This document shows, piece after piece, positions 25,921 through 37,604 of a DNA stretch of 55,776 nucleotides. This DNA is from Octopus bimaculoides. Its lineage: Eukaryota. The position numbers and the translations under genes were made by a program. Location of the stretch: the NCBI RefSeq assembly GCF_001194135.2, contig NC_068981.1, positions 138,098,979 through 138,154,754 on the forward strand, written 5' to 3'. The notes below the pieces were generated by a model that saw only the letters and a list, made by a program, of their open reading frames with translations, had not been told where the DNA came from and did no database searches. Each line of letters opens with the position of its first letter. Positions within the stretch are counted from its first letter, which is position 1.

Positions 25921-26862
25921 TTCAAATTTAAATATTGTTAGTATTAGCATTGATGTGAACGGGATGTCTAAGCGTTATAGGTGGAATTATGAAGGAATGA
26001 AGCATGCCCAAGATTAAGGGGAATATATGATTAATTTATGAATGACTAGTTTAGAGGAAATATAGGAGTGACATAACTATCAACATACTTATAAAAATTG
26101 CGTCTGTAAATTGCCTTTTATTTGTACAATATTCTCACAAATTTCACAATAGTTCATATAGAATAGAATCCTTTCAAGTAGGTATACTGCGATAAGCAAA
26201 TGAATATTTGAGCGGTTTGTATATTTGGTACGAGGTATTAATATTCGATGGGATTTGAGGTTAAAAATTAATCGAATGTGTTGGAATTGATATATCTTCG
26301 AAAGGGGTGTTATCTGTTTGGATACAACTGTGGGAATGAAGTATTAATATGGTTTGTATATTTTATGTGGATTTGTATATTTCTACTGTACATAAAATAC
26401 AAGGGCTTCTATTTTATCTCATAATATTAGCTATCATACGAGCATAATACACATGATTTATTTAAAATGGAGAAGCGGAATAATTCCACAAATGATGACA
26501 GTATAGGAAAGTAAGAACACAAGCTATTGAAAAGAAATTATCTAACGACATTTGACTAAGATTTTTTTAGCTTTCTTTTCTTTTCTTTTATGTATTTGTT
26601 GTTTCTGTCTTGCATACTTGTTTGTTCCTTGCCTACTTTATACATTCTCTTTTTCTGGTTCCATTCTTTCTTTAGTTACTTGTTTTTAATAAAAAAAATC
26701 TTGTTGATAATGTAACGGCTCCTCCATTTTGTTTTTGACGCATAAACCTTATAGTTAGGGAAATATTGAAATAATAACAATATATATAGCATATAGACTA
26801 TATTATAGAACTATAATATATATTACAATAATGCTATAATATATATATGCTTTTTTTTTTTA

Positions 26863-26993
26863 TTAAAGCTGCAAAAACTTCACAAAACAAAATGTTACTC
26901 AGAGTTTCACGTTTCCGTTTGTAGGACAGATGCACTCAAGGCTGAAATAAAACTTCGAGTAACAGTTTGTTTGTGATGTTTTTACAGCTTTAA
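26863..26993. repeat. ~45-bp imperfect inverted repeat
   Basis: ttaaagctgcaaaaacttcacaaaacaaaatgttactcagagttt versus the reverse complement of aaacttcgagtaacagtttgtttgtgatgtttttacagctttaa. Confidence 0.7.
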
Positions 26994-27992
26994 GAAAAAT
27001 AAAAATACAGCATTATTTTGCATTTATATTCTTANNNNNNNNNNNNNNNNNNNNNNNNNNNNNNNNNNNNNNNNNNNNNNNNNNNNNNNNNNNNNNNNNN
27101 NNNNNNNNNNNNNNNNNNNNNNNNNNNNNNNNNNNNNNNNNNNNNNNNNNNNNNNNNNNNNNNNNNNNNNNNNNNNNNNNNNNNNNNNNNNNNNNNNNNN
27201 NNNNNNNNNNNNNNNNNNNNNNNNNNNNNNNNNNNNNNNNNNNNNNNNNNNNNNNNNNNNNNNNNNNNNNNNNNNNNNNNNNNNNNNNNNNNNNNNNNNN
27301 NNNNNNNNNNNNNNNNNNNNNNNNNNNNNNNNNNNNNNNNNNNNNNNNNNNNNNNNNNNNNNNNNNNNNNNNNNNNNNNNNNNNNNNNNNNNNNNNNNNN
27401 NNNNNNNNNNNNNNNNNNNNNNNNNNNNNNNNNNNNNNNNNNNNNNNNNNNNNNNNNNNNNNNNNNNNNNNNNNNNNNNNNNNNNNNNNNNNNNNNNNNN
27501 NNNNNNNNNNNNNNNNNNNNNNNNNNNNNNNNNNNNNNNNNNNNNNNNNNNNNNNNNNNNNNNNNNNNNNNNNNNNNNNNNNNNNNNNNNNNNNNNNNNN
27601 NNNNNNNNNNNNNNNNNNNNNNNNNNNNNNNNNNNNNNNNNNNNNNNNNNNNNNNNNNNNNNNNNNNNNNNNNNNNNNNNNNNNNNNNNNNNNNNNNNNN
27701 NNNNNNNNNNNNNNNNNNNNNNNNNNNNNNNNNNNNNNNNNNNNNNNNNNNNNNNNNNNNNNNNNNNNNNNNNNNNNNNNNNNNNNNNNNNNNNNNNNNN
27801 NNNNNNNNNNNNNNNNNNNNNNNNNNNNNNNNNNNNNNNNNNNNNNNNNNNNNNNNNNNNNNNNNNNNNNNNNNNNNNNNNNNNNNNNNNNNNNNNNNNN
27901 NNNNNNNNNNNNNNNNNNNNNNNNNNNNNNNNNNNNNNNNNNNNNNNNNNNNNNNNNNNNNNNNNNNNNNNNNNNNNNNNNNNNNNNNNNNN

Positions 27993-28028
<36 letters not shown>

Positions 28029-28424
28029 TAGAAGTCATGCCGTTATGTAGATCTAGTCCTTTACAGATTACAAACTCAAGTCTCCTTGTTTTTTTCAAAC
28101 GTTTAGATATATATCCAGATCTGCAGACAACCTATAGTCACTTGACTCTGCAACTCTTACTTCACCCTTCCCAGTCAGAGTACTCAGAGGTCTCTCCTAT
28201 TTTCTTGTGAACCAAGAAACTCTATACTATTTGGTATCTTATTATTTAAACAACCTATGAATTTTAATTTGTTTCACATGGTTTTTAAAATCCCTTTTAT
28301 TTAACTGTTGATTATACAATATAGTTTTATCTCCCTTACTGTAGATCCGTGCCCTTTTACTGTTTCTGATTTTCATTACGATTATATGTTTGGATGTTTG
28401 TATGGATGTATGTATATATACTCT

Positions 28425-28582
28425 TTTCTACTCTAGGCACAAGGCCAGTCGATTAGTTCGACTCCAATACGCAACATCCCCGAAAGGATGAAAAGCGAAG
28501 TCAACCTCGGCGGAATTTGAACTTAGAACGTAAAGACAGACGAAATACCGCTAAGCATTTCGCCCGACCTGCTCGCCGCCTT
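28425..28582 (-). mobile_element. SINE family B
   Basis: Reverse-strand match to the B consensus. Confidence 0.85.
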
Positions 28583-29541
28583 GAGTATGTGCATATACGG
28601 AGAGAAAAAAGAGGGGGAAACAGAGTAGGACAGAAAAAGAAAAGAGAGATTGATGGATTCTATTGGTGATCTAAGATTCCAGTGATGTAGAAACACACAT
28701 GTTGAAGTTATTGCTTGTAAAAAAAGATTAATCACGAAATTGAAAGCATACCAAAGTCCTTCTCAAGCTCGATCAGAAATCATGAAACGATTTATTGCGA
28801 GGTGAACTTCTTAATCTCTTACCATACTCATTTTTCCTTTTCAATTTCCATGCAAAAAATGTTTTTTATTATTTATTTTGAATCTGTATTTAAGGAAGAA
28901 TAAGTACACAAATTATTTTGGATCAGTTATGGTTTATTATGAAGTTACTGATAGAAATGATAGATACTGATAGTTAATGATAGAAAACGGGAATGATATC
29001 AAGAACGAACTATTTCGGGTTAGAAACATGTGGCAGGTACCTCAGAATACAGTGAACGCATATTTTCGTTCAAATATATATCTACTAGATATCTCTGAAC
29101 GAAAATATACTGGATAATATGTTATGAGGTTAAAGACACGGTGATGACATTGGACTAGAGTTAAATGTATAAATTTCTTCAACATATATCGATGAACTTA
29201 GAGCTGGTTCAAATACATCAGCTCAAAATACACAATGAAGGATCCAAACTGAAGACCAGAATTGCAAGACCAGTACAATGCACACTCAGTTACTTCACCG
29301 TTTACTAAAACAGTGTAGATCAATATAAACATAACATATCTTTCTTTAGTTAGACGTGCATGCTTTAATAAAATAGAAATATAATATTAAATAACACAGG
29401 GCGGTTTTCTTTTTCATTATGACGTTTTGTCTGAATAAAATTTAAAATTCTGATTAGTAACATTTTCTAGTCTAACTGTCTTTGAATATAAATTACAATT
29501 TTTGAATGCATGTGTGACATATCAACTAGTAATATAAGTTT

Positions 29542-29831
29542 CTGATTGGCCAACATTTCTAGAAAACCACTATATTTGAACAACTAAAATGATTTCAGAA
29601 TTTCTAGTGGAATACTTTAATTAATTGGAGGTTTATCCCGTAAGTTTCATTAAATGTACGATAATAGCAATGTTTATAATATTCTTCTACCTCCACGCCT
29701 TTTCTATGCATCGTCCTAGTACTTCATCCTGCAAACGAATCGAATCTGCGGAACTATAAATATATATGCAAATCTATGTGAACCATATGACTGCACATCG
29801 TGTGTATGCATTTGATATTTCCTTATATAAG
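29542..29831 (+). promoter_or_regulatory. Putative Pol II promoter of the secreted repeat-protein gene
   Basis: CTGATTGGCC (reverse CCAAT/NF-Y consensus) at 29542-29551; TATAAATA at 29755-29762; TATATAAG at 29824-29831, about 50 bp before the ATG; the region lacks recognisable SINEs. Confidence 0.45.
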
Positions 29832-29877
29832 CCCAAACAGTTCGACAAAACAAGATTTTTGTTATAAACACTGAAAT

Positions 29878-29935
29878 ATGAACTGCCAGTACATTATCGT
29901 CTGTTTTATAATAATTTGCTCATCAGTTATTGCAG
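29878..29935 (+). CDS. Exon 1 (signal peptide MNCQYIIVCFIIICSSVIA) of a secreted Ser/Thr/Tyr-repeat protein
   Basis: ATG with A at -3, 19-aa hydrophobic leader ending V-I-A, strong donor CAG|GTAAGA in phase 1, matching the phase-1 acceptor at 37604/37605. Confidence 0.7.
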
Positions 29936-30319
29936 GTAAGATTTCAAATATATCCCCAACCTTTTTAACCATTTTCTCAAAGAACGTTTCCGAGGGAGTT
30001 CACTTGGCAATTGTATTATGTATGTTGTTAACACATCGCTTCGTCGGTATAAGTATCCAAAAATTCTTTCCTTGTTCCACTGCGTTTCAAGCATAGCATG
30101 GTATCTTTGTTCGACAACACTGATTTAGTGGAAACGTACACAAGCCCCAACATATATATATATCCTCAAAAGTTGACAGACCGCCTGCTATAATTTTCGC
30201 CCTTGGCTATCAAATTTTTTGCTTAATAAATATATCTACCCGCCACACCTAGTTCTATATCAGATAATGTTTGCATTTCCTAAAACTCTTTTACATACTT
30301 CATAAGGTTAAAAAGAGTA

Positions 30320-30648
30320 AAGAACCTCTTTGGTCATGAATGACCATTGGATTGCACCTACAAAGTTCTCCTCCAAGGCACAAGTCCGGGCAAGATTGTT
30401 TATGGAAGACCAGCAGCTGGCCATGCATACCAGCCTCCCCTTTCCACACCACAGATGTTATCCAAGGAAAAGGCAAGGGTTGATACAGCTTGGCACCTGT
30501 GACGACGCAACTCATTTCTCCAGCTGAGTGAACTGGAGTAACGTGAAATAATGTGAGTAACGTGAAACACACAGCCTGATCCAGGAATTGAACTCACTAC
30601 TTCATGATTGTGATCCCGACGCTGTAACCACTGAACTATGTGCCTTCA
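30320..30648 (-). mobile_element. tRNA-derived SINE, family C (gagtggactggagcaacgtgaaatg body)
   Basis: Minus-strand head with A box tagttcagtggtta and B box gagttcaattcc; body recurs at about 32100, 34455-34630, 35095-35342 and 46470-46592. Confidence 0.75.
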
Positions 30649-30982
30649 CACATACTTTATAAATCTTACATTATACACACACGCACTCACATACATGCAT
30701 ACGTATGTACATATATGCACGCATACATACATACATACATACATACATAATTGAATGAATGAAAGAATGAATGAATGAATGATTGCCTCATCTTGTCAGA
30801 CGATAGTCATCTCACATTCAGCCTAATTGTACTTATCTGAAGAACACTGTCGAGGTAAACACTAAAATCTGCTAGAGCAAGATTTGACCAATACAGCAGA
30901 GGAACAAAACTAAATTCTATACATTTAAATAATTCAAACATGGGAATCACTTGTTACTTAATTCATACTTGTATTTAAAGTA

Positions 30983-31813
30983 CGAGGGGAAGAAAAAAAT
31001 TATCCTCACTTTCGCCATAACATATCTTTATTATTGTTATACTGCCTTCTGCGCATGCGTGCTTATATTTGGTACTATCGTGGTAACGTGATCGAAGCTT
31101 GAGCCTGATCGTACTATTTTTTTTTCTGGCTTTACAGTGTAAGTATGGCCGCTCCATTAATAATGTGCACCAAAAAAGAACAAAGAGCAGTGATCCGAGG
31201 GTTTTAGCACAATACGGGGACGCCCGTTAACCTCCACTACTGAGGAGAAGATTCAGCAAGCTCGAGAGAGGGTAATGGTGAAACGGAGAGTTATCATCGA
31301 TGAGAAAGCTCGTTCTCTGCTGATTAGTCATGGTTCTGCCTATCAAATCATCCACAATGAATTCGGCTTTCATAAAGTCTGTGCAAGATGGGTGCCAAGA
31401 GAGCTTTCTGCAGAGCACAAGCGCAAACGTCTTGTCGTCTGCCAACGTTTCCTCGATAGCTACAACAATGAGAGTGAGGAATTTTTGAGCAGAATGGTCA
31501 CAGGAGATGGAACGTAGGTCCATCATTATGAAGCGGAATTCAAAAGACAGAGTATGGAGTGGAAACATTCTGGCTCACCAGCGAAGAAGAAATTCAAGAC
31601 TCAGTCTTCTGTTGGAATACAGTCTTCTTTTTGGGGTTGCACGACCAACCGAAAGCCTTCTTCTTGGAGGGAATACGCAATCTTGTGAACCGCTGGACCA
31701 AGTGCATCGAAAAGGAAGGAGATTATATAGAAAAATGATGTATTTGTTTATTCCCTGCTTTTGTGTAAATACATTGAAAAACAAGAGTGTGTATAATCTT
31801 TTACTCTCCCTCG
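30983..31813 (+). mobile_element. Internally deleted mariner element
   Basis: TA at 30981-82 and 31814-15; ~28-bp imperfect TIRs (cgaggggaagaaaaaaattatcctcact / cgagggagagtaaaagattatacacact); transposase pieces KVCARWVPREL...MVTGD and GIRNLVNRWTKCIEKEGDYIEK*; most of the catalytic core is deleted. Confidence 0.9.
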
Positions 31814-31940
31814 TATATAGCTTTCAATGCCAAGTAACTTTTATTTTTTCTTTCCTACGAAATGTTCTGCCTAAAACGTTCGACTTCTGTTCTCCGCCGC
31901 AGCATGCAATTATATTCCGCTGCTTAAATGTTAATATTTT

Positions 31941-32975
31941 AAGGTGGTGACCTGGCAGAATCGTTAGCAGGCCGGGTAAAATAGTTAGCAATATTTCCTG
32001 TGTCTTCATGTTCTATGTTCTATGTTCAAATTCTGCCGAGGTCGACTTTGCCTTTCATCCTTCAGGGATCTATAAGATAAGTACTAGCTTGACACTGGGG
32101 TCTGTCGCAGGATTCCCCATCTTCGCCAGCTGAGTGGAGTGGAGCAACGTGAAATGAAATCGTTGTTATTATGCAAAAGTGTCGTAAGTCCAAAACGTTG
32201 CTTTTGCATAAAACGAAAAAGTAGTTTCACTTTTCCATAGTAAAACCGTTGTGCTACGCTTTGACAATTTTTGATATTTTGGCATCTGAAGCAGCTGCAT
32301 ATACGATAGTTTGACCAAATGAACTGACTATTACAAAAAAATAAATATTGAGGACGACGCATTTTGCCAAATTTGGACATACGACAGTTTAACATAATAG
32401 AAACGAAGTGTTTTGCTCAAGAACACAACGCGCCTAACACCTCTCCAGAAATTCCTGGCCTTGTCCAAATTTGAAACCAATATAAATATTTGAAGAGCGC
32501 TGTGTAAAATTGTTAGCGGCATTTCGTATACTTTTATGCTCTGAGTTCAAATTCCGCCAAGTTCGACTTTACCTTTTAATTTTTTCGGGGTCTTTACCTT
32601 TACCTTTTAATTTTCTCGGGGTTTTTAAAATTTTTTCAGAGTCAAATTCTGTATAAACACCAGTTGAGCACTGGGGTTGATGTTATCGACTTACCTCTTC
32701 TCTCGAAATTGCTGGCCTTGTGTCAAAATTTGGAACAAATATTAATATTTGAAGATAAGGCGGCAAACTGGCAGACTCGGTAGCCCATCGGACAAAATGC
32801 TTAGCGGCATTTCTTACAGATTTATGCTCCGAGTTCAAATTCCACCGAACTCGACTTTGCCTTTCAACCTTTCGGGGTTGATAAAATAAGTATCTCTTTA
32901 GCACTGGGCCGGTGTAATCGACGAAGCCCCTCCTATTCAAAACTGCTGGCCTTGTGCTAAAATTTTAAACAATAT
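31941..32975 (+). mobile_element. Cluster of SINE B copies and SINE C fragments
   Basis: B heads or cores at about 31941, 32500 and 32757; C fragment at about 32100-32160. Confidence 0.75.
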
Positions 32976-33082
32976 CACTATTTGAAGATGTAGAAAATAA
33001 CTCGCTTTGTTGGATTCTAAACTTTTTACTCGATAAAGAATTTTTTTCAGTTGTACTATCACGTGGCAGGCTTCGTGTAGAG

Positions 33083-33279
33083 TAGCTTTCCTAAACCGGG
33101 GTTCCCCGGAACCCTAGAATTCCATAAAAGATTCCTAGGGATTCCACGAGAAAGAGTGAGATAAGCTAATGCTAATTTCACGATCGTAATATTAATATAC
33201 ATGCACAACATATTGGATATTGTAATCCAAACAATACCCTATCTAACCTGTTATGTTATCAAAAAAAAAAAATAACAAC

Positions 33280-33310
<31 letters not shown>

Positions 33311-34075
33311 NNNNNNNNNNNNNNNNNNNNNNNNNNNNNNNNNNNNNNNNNNNNNNNNNNNNNNNNNNNNNNNNNNNNNNNNNNNNNNNNNNNNNNNNNN
33401 NNNNNNNNNNNNNNNNNNNNNNNNNNNNNNNNNNNNNNNNNNNNNNNNNNNNNNNNNNNNNNNNNNNNNNNNNNNNNNNNNNNNNNNNNNNNNNNNNNNN
33501 NNNNNNNNNNNNNNNNNNNNNNNNNNNNNNNNNNNNNNNNNNNNNNNNNNNNNNNNNNNNNNNNNNNNNNNNNNNNNNNNNNNNNNNNNNNNNNNNNNNN
33601 NNNNNNNNNNNNNNNNNNNNNNNNNNNNNNNNNNNNNNNNNNNNNNNNNNNNNNNNNNNNNNNNNNNNNNNNNNNNNNNNNNNNNNNNNNNNNNNNNNNN
33701 NNNNNNNNNNNNNNNNNNNNNNNNNNNNNNNNNNNNNATATATATATATATATATAATCAATCCAAACATGAACAAGCAAGAAAAAACAACAACAACGCG
33801 AGGATGGGGAATAAGTACAGTGTTACTGGACGCCCAGGAAAGGAAGGAAAGAAAAGAAAGAGGATCTCACGTTTCGAGCGGAGCTCTTCATCAGAAATAT
33901 ATAAAAAGTCCAAGGAAGGGAAGGCGGAGAAAAAAAATCGCCAACGATACACACGCGGTCACGATATTTAACACGTGAACTACGATGGAGAAATATGTTT
34001 TTTTGTGCAGGGGTTCCTTGAGGATCGTAATTTATTTTAAGGGTTACGCAAGAGTAAAATGGTTGAGAAACACTG
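33083..34075. mobile_element. Non-autonomous hAT (Charlie-like) element spanning a gap
   Basis: Identical 8-bp TSD GTGTAGAG at 33075-33082 and 34076-34083; right TIR reads cagtgtttctcaacc (reverse complement), left TIR tagctttcctaaacc (10/15 match). Confidence 0.75.
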
Positions 34076-34454
34076 GTGTAGAGACTTCTCAACCGTAAAC
34101 TCTTGGGTTCGCTTTTTACTGTGAAGCCTCTTGTGCTGTCGTTTCTATAAACACGGTTTGGCTATACGTGATGAGTAGGTACTTCAGGCGAATGAATAAC
34201 TAAATCCACATTGTCGAACGTCGAAGATCCACTACCGCTACCACATTATGTTTCTATAAGGATTGGAGTGGCAGAAACGGAAAGTAATGGATTAGATAAC
34301 TTGCTGTATTTATTTACGTTCTTTTTACGATATGAGTTCAAAATCCCGCAGAGGCCTGATTTAAAACATCGCATTTAAAAAGAAGGCAAAGAAACAAACT
34401 AGCTACAGAAATTTTCGTATCTACTGTTGTGAATTCACCCACCAGCCTTGTGAG

Positions 34455-35972
34455 AGTCATATAGACTCATAAGGGCCAGTTTCCAATACGTATATAATAT
34501 ACCCCACCTGGACGGGACGCAAGTCCGTCACAGGGTTACTCATTTTTGCCAGCTGAGTGGACCGGAGCAATGTGAAATGAAATCTTTTGCTCAAGAACAC
34601 GACGCATCGCCTGGTTCAGGAATCGAAAGAAAGAATTATTGTGATTAATATATCGAAGGGGACGAGCTGGCAGAATCGTTAGCGCGTAGGTTAAAATGTT
34701 TAGCGGCATTTCTTCCGGCTCTTTACGTCTAGAGTTCAAATTCCGCCGAGGTCGACTNNNNNNNNNNNNNNNNNNNNNNNNNNNNNNNNNNNNNNNNNNN
34801 NNNNNNNNNNNNNNNNNNNNNNNNNNNNNNNNNNNNNNNNNNNNNNNNNNNNNNNNNNNNNNNNNNNNNNNNNNNNNNNNNNNNNNNNNNNNNNNNNNNN
34901 NNNNNNNNNNNNNNNNNNNNNNNNNNNNNNNNNNNNNNNNNNNNNNNNNNNNNNNNNNNNNNNNNNNNNNNNNNNNNNNNNNAGTACCAGTGAAGCATTC
35001 GGTCCAATATAAACAAACTTTGCTCCCGCTCCCCTCAAAATTGTAGACCCTGTGACAAAATTAGAAAGAATTTAAAAACATATAATAAAAGTTCTCTCCC
35101 GAGTCATATAGATTCACGGGGCCGGTTTCCATGGCGTATATAAATTCCCCGCCTGGACGGGACGACGCTCCGTAGTAGGATTACTCTTTTATACTATCTT
35201 ACACCATCTGAGTGGACTGGAGCAACGTGAAATGAAGTGTTTTGCTCAAGAATACAACGCGTCTCTCGGTCCAGGAATCGAAACCACAATCTTATAATCA
35301 TGAGTCTTACACTCCTACCCACTAAGCCAAACGCCTCAACACTGTGATCGTATAAGCCACTGAAACAATTCTCAGCTTTTTCTTTCGCTATAGTTTGCAA
35401 GTAAATCCTTGTTAAATTGTAATATCTGATTGTTAATATCTTTAAATATCTGATTGTTATCAGTCGCCCAAGGTACCACGCTGTAGGACTGAACCCGAAA
35501 GCAAAAATGGTTAAGAAACAAACTACTTACCACACAGCCACGCCTACGACTATACTGACGTTATTTACGAATATAAATGAATAAGAAAAATAACTATGCT
35601 ATAGGCGCAGGAGTGGCTCTGTGGTAAGTAGGTTGCTTACCAACCACAAGGTTCTGGTTTCAGTCCCACTGCGTGGCATCTTGGGCAAGTGACTTCTACT
35701 ATAGCTTCGGGCCGACCAAAGCCTTGTGAGTGGATTTGGTAGATGGAAACTGAAAGAAGCTTGTATATATATGAATATGTATATATATATATGTATGTAT
35801 GTGTGTGTGTGTGTGTGTATTTGTCTCCCTAGCATTGCTTGACAACCGATGTTGGTATGTTTATATCCCCGTAACTTAGCGATAGAATAAGTCCCGGGGT
35901 CGTTCTGCTCGACTAAATGTGGTGCTCCAGCATGGCCAATAGTCAAATGACTGAAACAAGTAAAAGAGTAAA
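34455..35972. mobile_element. SINE cluster: C (-, 34455-34630), B (+, 34658-35070, gapped), C (-, 35095-35342), A head (-, 35461-35548), A (+, 35604-35972)
   Basis: Matches to the window consensuses. Confidence 0.8.
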
Positions 35973-37604
35973 CTGTAGGATTTCTGTAGCATTTCTTCTC
36001 CGATGTATTCCTTTGTTAATTAATACGGCTTGTTAATAAAGGCTACGTACCATTTTGAACGTCTATGCATTGTCTTTAATGGCAGAAACATTCATTTGCT
36101 AGCAATTGTAAATGATTTTTTTTCTCATATTCCTGTTTGCTGTAGTATATTCGAATATGGAAGTTCCTTTATTATTGTTTTCTTTTTCTATTTGGCACGG
36201 CACATTGTATTTACTGAGAGAATTCGCCTTTATATCAAAGAAACTTAAAACGTATCTTCTCTCAAGGAACAATTCCACTAGCAACTTTTGAACAACGAAA
36301 GGCTATAATGCGATTTTAAGGAAGTTAATACTAAAATCAAGAAACTTTCCGAATCTGATTTGGAAAACGTGTTGCCAAAACAACTTGCACTCCGTATGAT
36401 CACTCGTCTCAAATGTCAGTCACTTGCAAAAGTCGATCTTTGATTGGTTTAAGTCAACCGACTTGATTTACAACGCTCTGACTACCTTGCTCAGTAAATT
36501 TATACTCAATATAAAGGGTGAATTCCTAGTACTACGGATCTATTTAACGGATACTTGTCCAATTCTGCATCATAATGACAATACAAGTTCTGTTTCAATT
36601 TCGGACCGTCTCTAAGAGACACCATAGATTGGATCCATAGCAGCGGTCCAATTCACTTCTAAGTAGAAGATGAATCAATGCAAAACGGATCCTACAACAC
36701 AGATGTTATAGCACCTGAACAAATTCGCCGTAAATCAGCAGGGTGAGACCTGCATCAGAGACCTTTGGAGAATGTTATGTGAGAATATTTTCATGGAAGA
36801 AAGAATGTTACGTAAATTGTCCTTTGTTTTGTCTACTATTTTGCAAGTTGTATTTTCTTCTTTTCTTTATCATTTTTCGTTTTCCCATTACTATATATGC
36901 CAGAAATCTGCATAAAGGAAGACAGTTGCCTCGGTGAAAGGGTTGTTAAATGCTTCAGCGTTCTCATTTAGAAAAGATTATCGTAGAGAAAGAAAGCTGC
37001 TTAAGTCTACGATTGCAACAGGAATTCAAAAAACTTTGAAGGAAAATCGATTGAAAATATCTACCTATTATACCCTGAAAGTAGTTTATTGAATTATTAG
37101 TAGTAGTTTTGGTTGTAGCCTGAAACTAATTTCTCCAACACTACTTTGTTTGTGATTGTAGCCTGAAACTAATTTCTCCAACACAACTTTGCTTGTGATG
37201 TCATCTTCACACAGCTTCGACTGGTAACACAATGTTATGCTAATTAATGTATTCTAATGTTCAAGTTAACTGTAAATGTACGTAAGCTCACATATATAAA
37301 AGATTGTGCAATTCACATAAGGAATTAATACGTTATGAGCATGAACATTTTCAATAATAGTACTTACTGTACACAGAAAGTGCACTATGAGAAAATTTCT
37401 TAGAGATATTTATGAGGTTTAAGCAATTTTATTATTATTTCATAAACACTCATGAATGGAAAACCAGTTACTTTAAAAAACAGCATATAATTTGGAATGA
37501 AAATTATATTGTAAAATCTTATGTGTCATAGGGATTCTTTTGAAAATATTGTAACTGCATGAAAAAAAAATTAATAATATTTCAAACTTTTCAATTATTC
37601 ATAG

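Noticed and set aside
28030-28230. Possible CR1 LINE 3' remnant on the minus strand
   Set aside because: Only a vague DLDIYL resemblance; too weak to call.
36661-36742. Possible internal exon VEDESMQNGSYNTDVIAPEQIRRKSA of the secreted-protein gene
   Set aside because: The donor GG|GTGAGA is phase 2, incompatible with the phase-1 acceptor at 37605, and the acceptor is weak.
37559-37604. ORF-track start MKKKLIIFQTFQLFI for the 830-aa ORF
   Set aside because: It is A/T-rich sequence forming the polypyrimidine tract and acceptor; the upstream signal-peptide exon explains the frame better.
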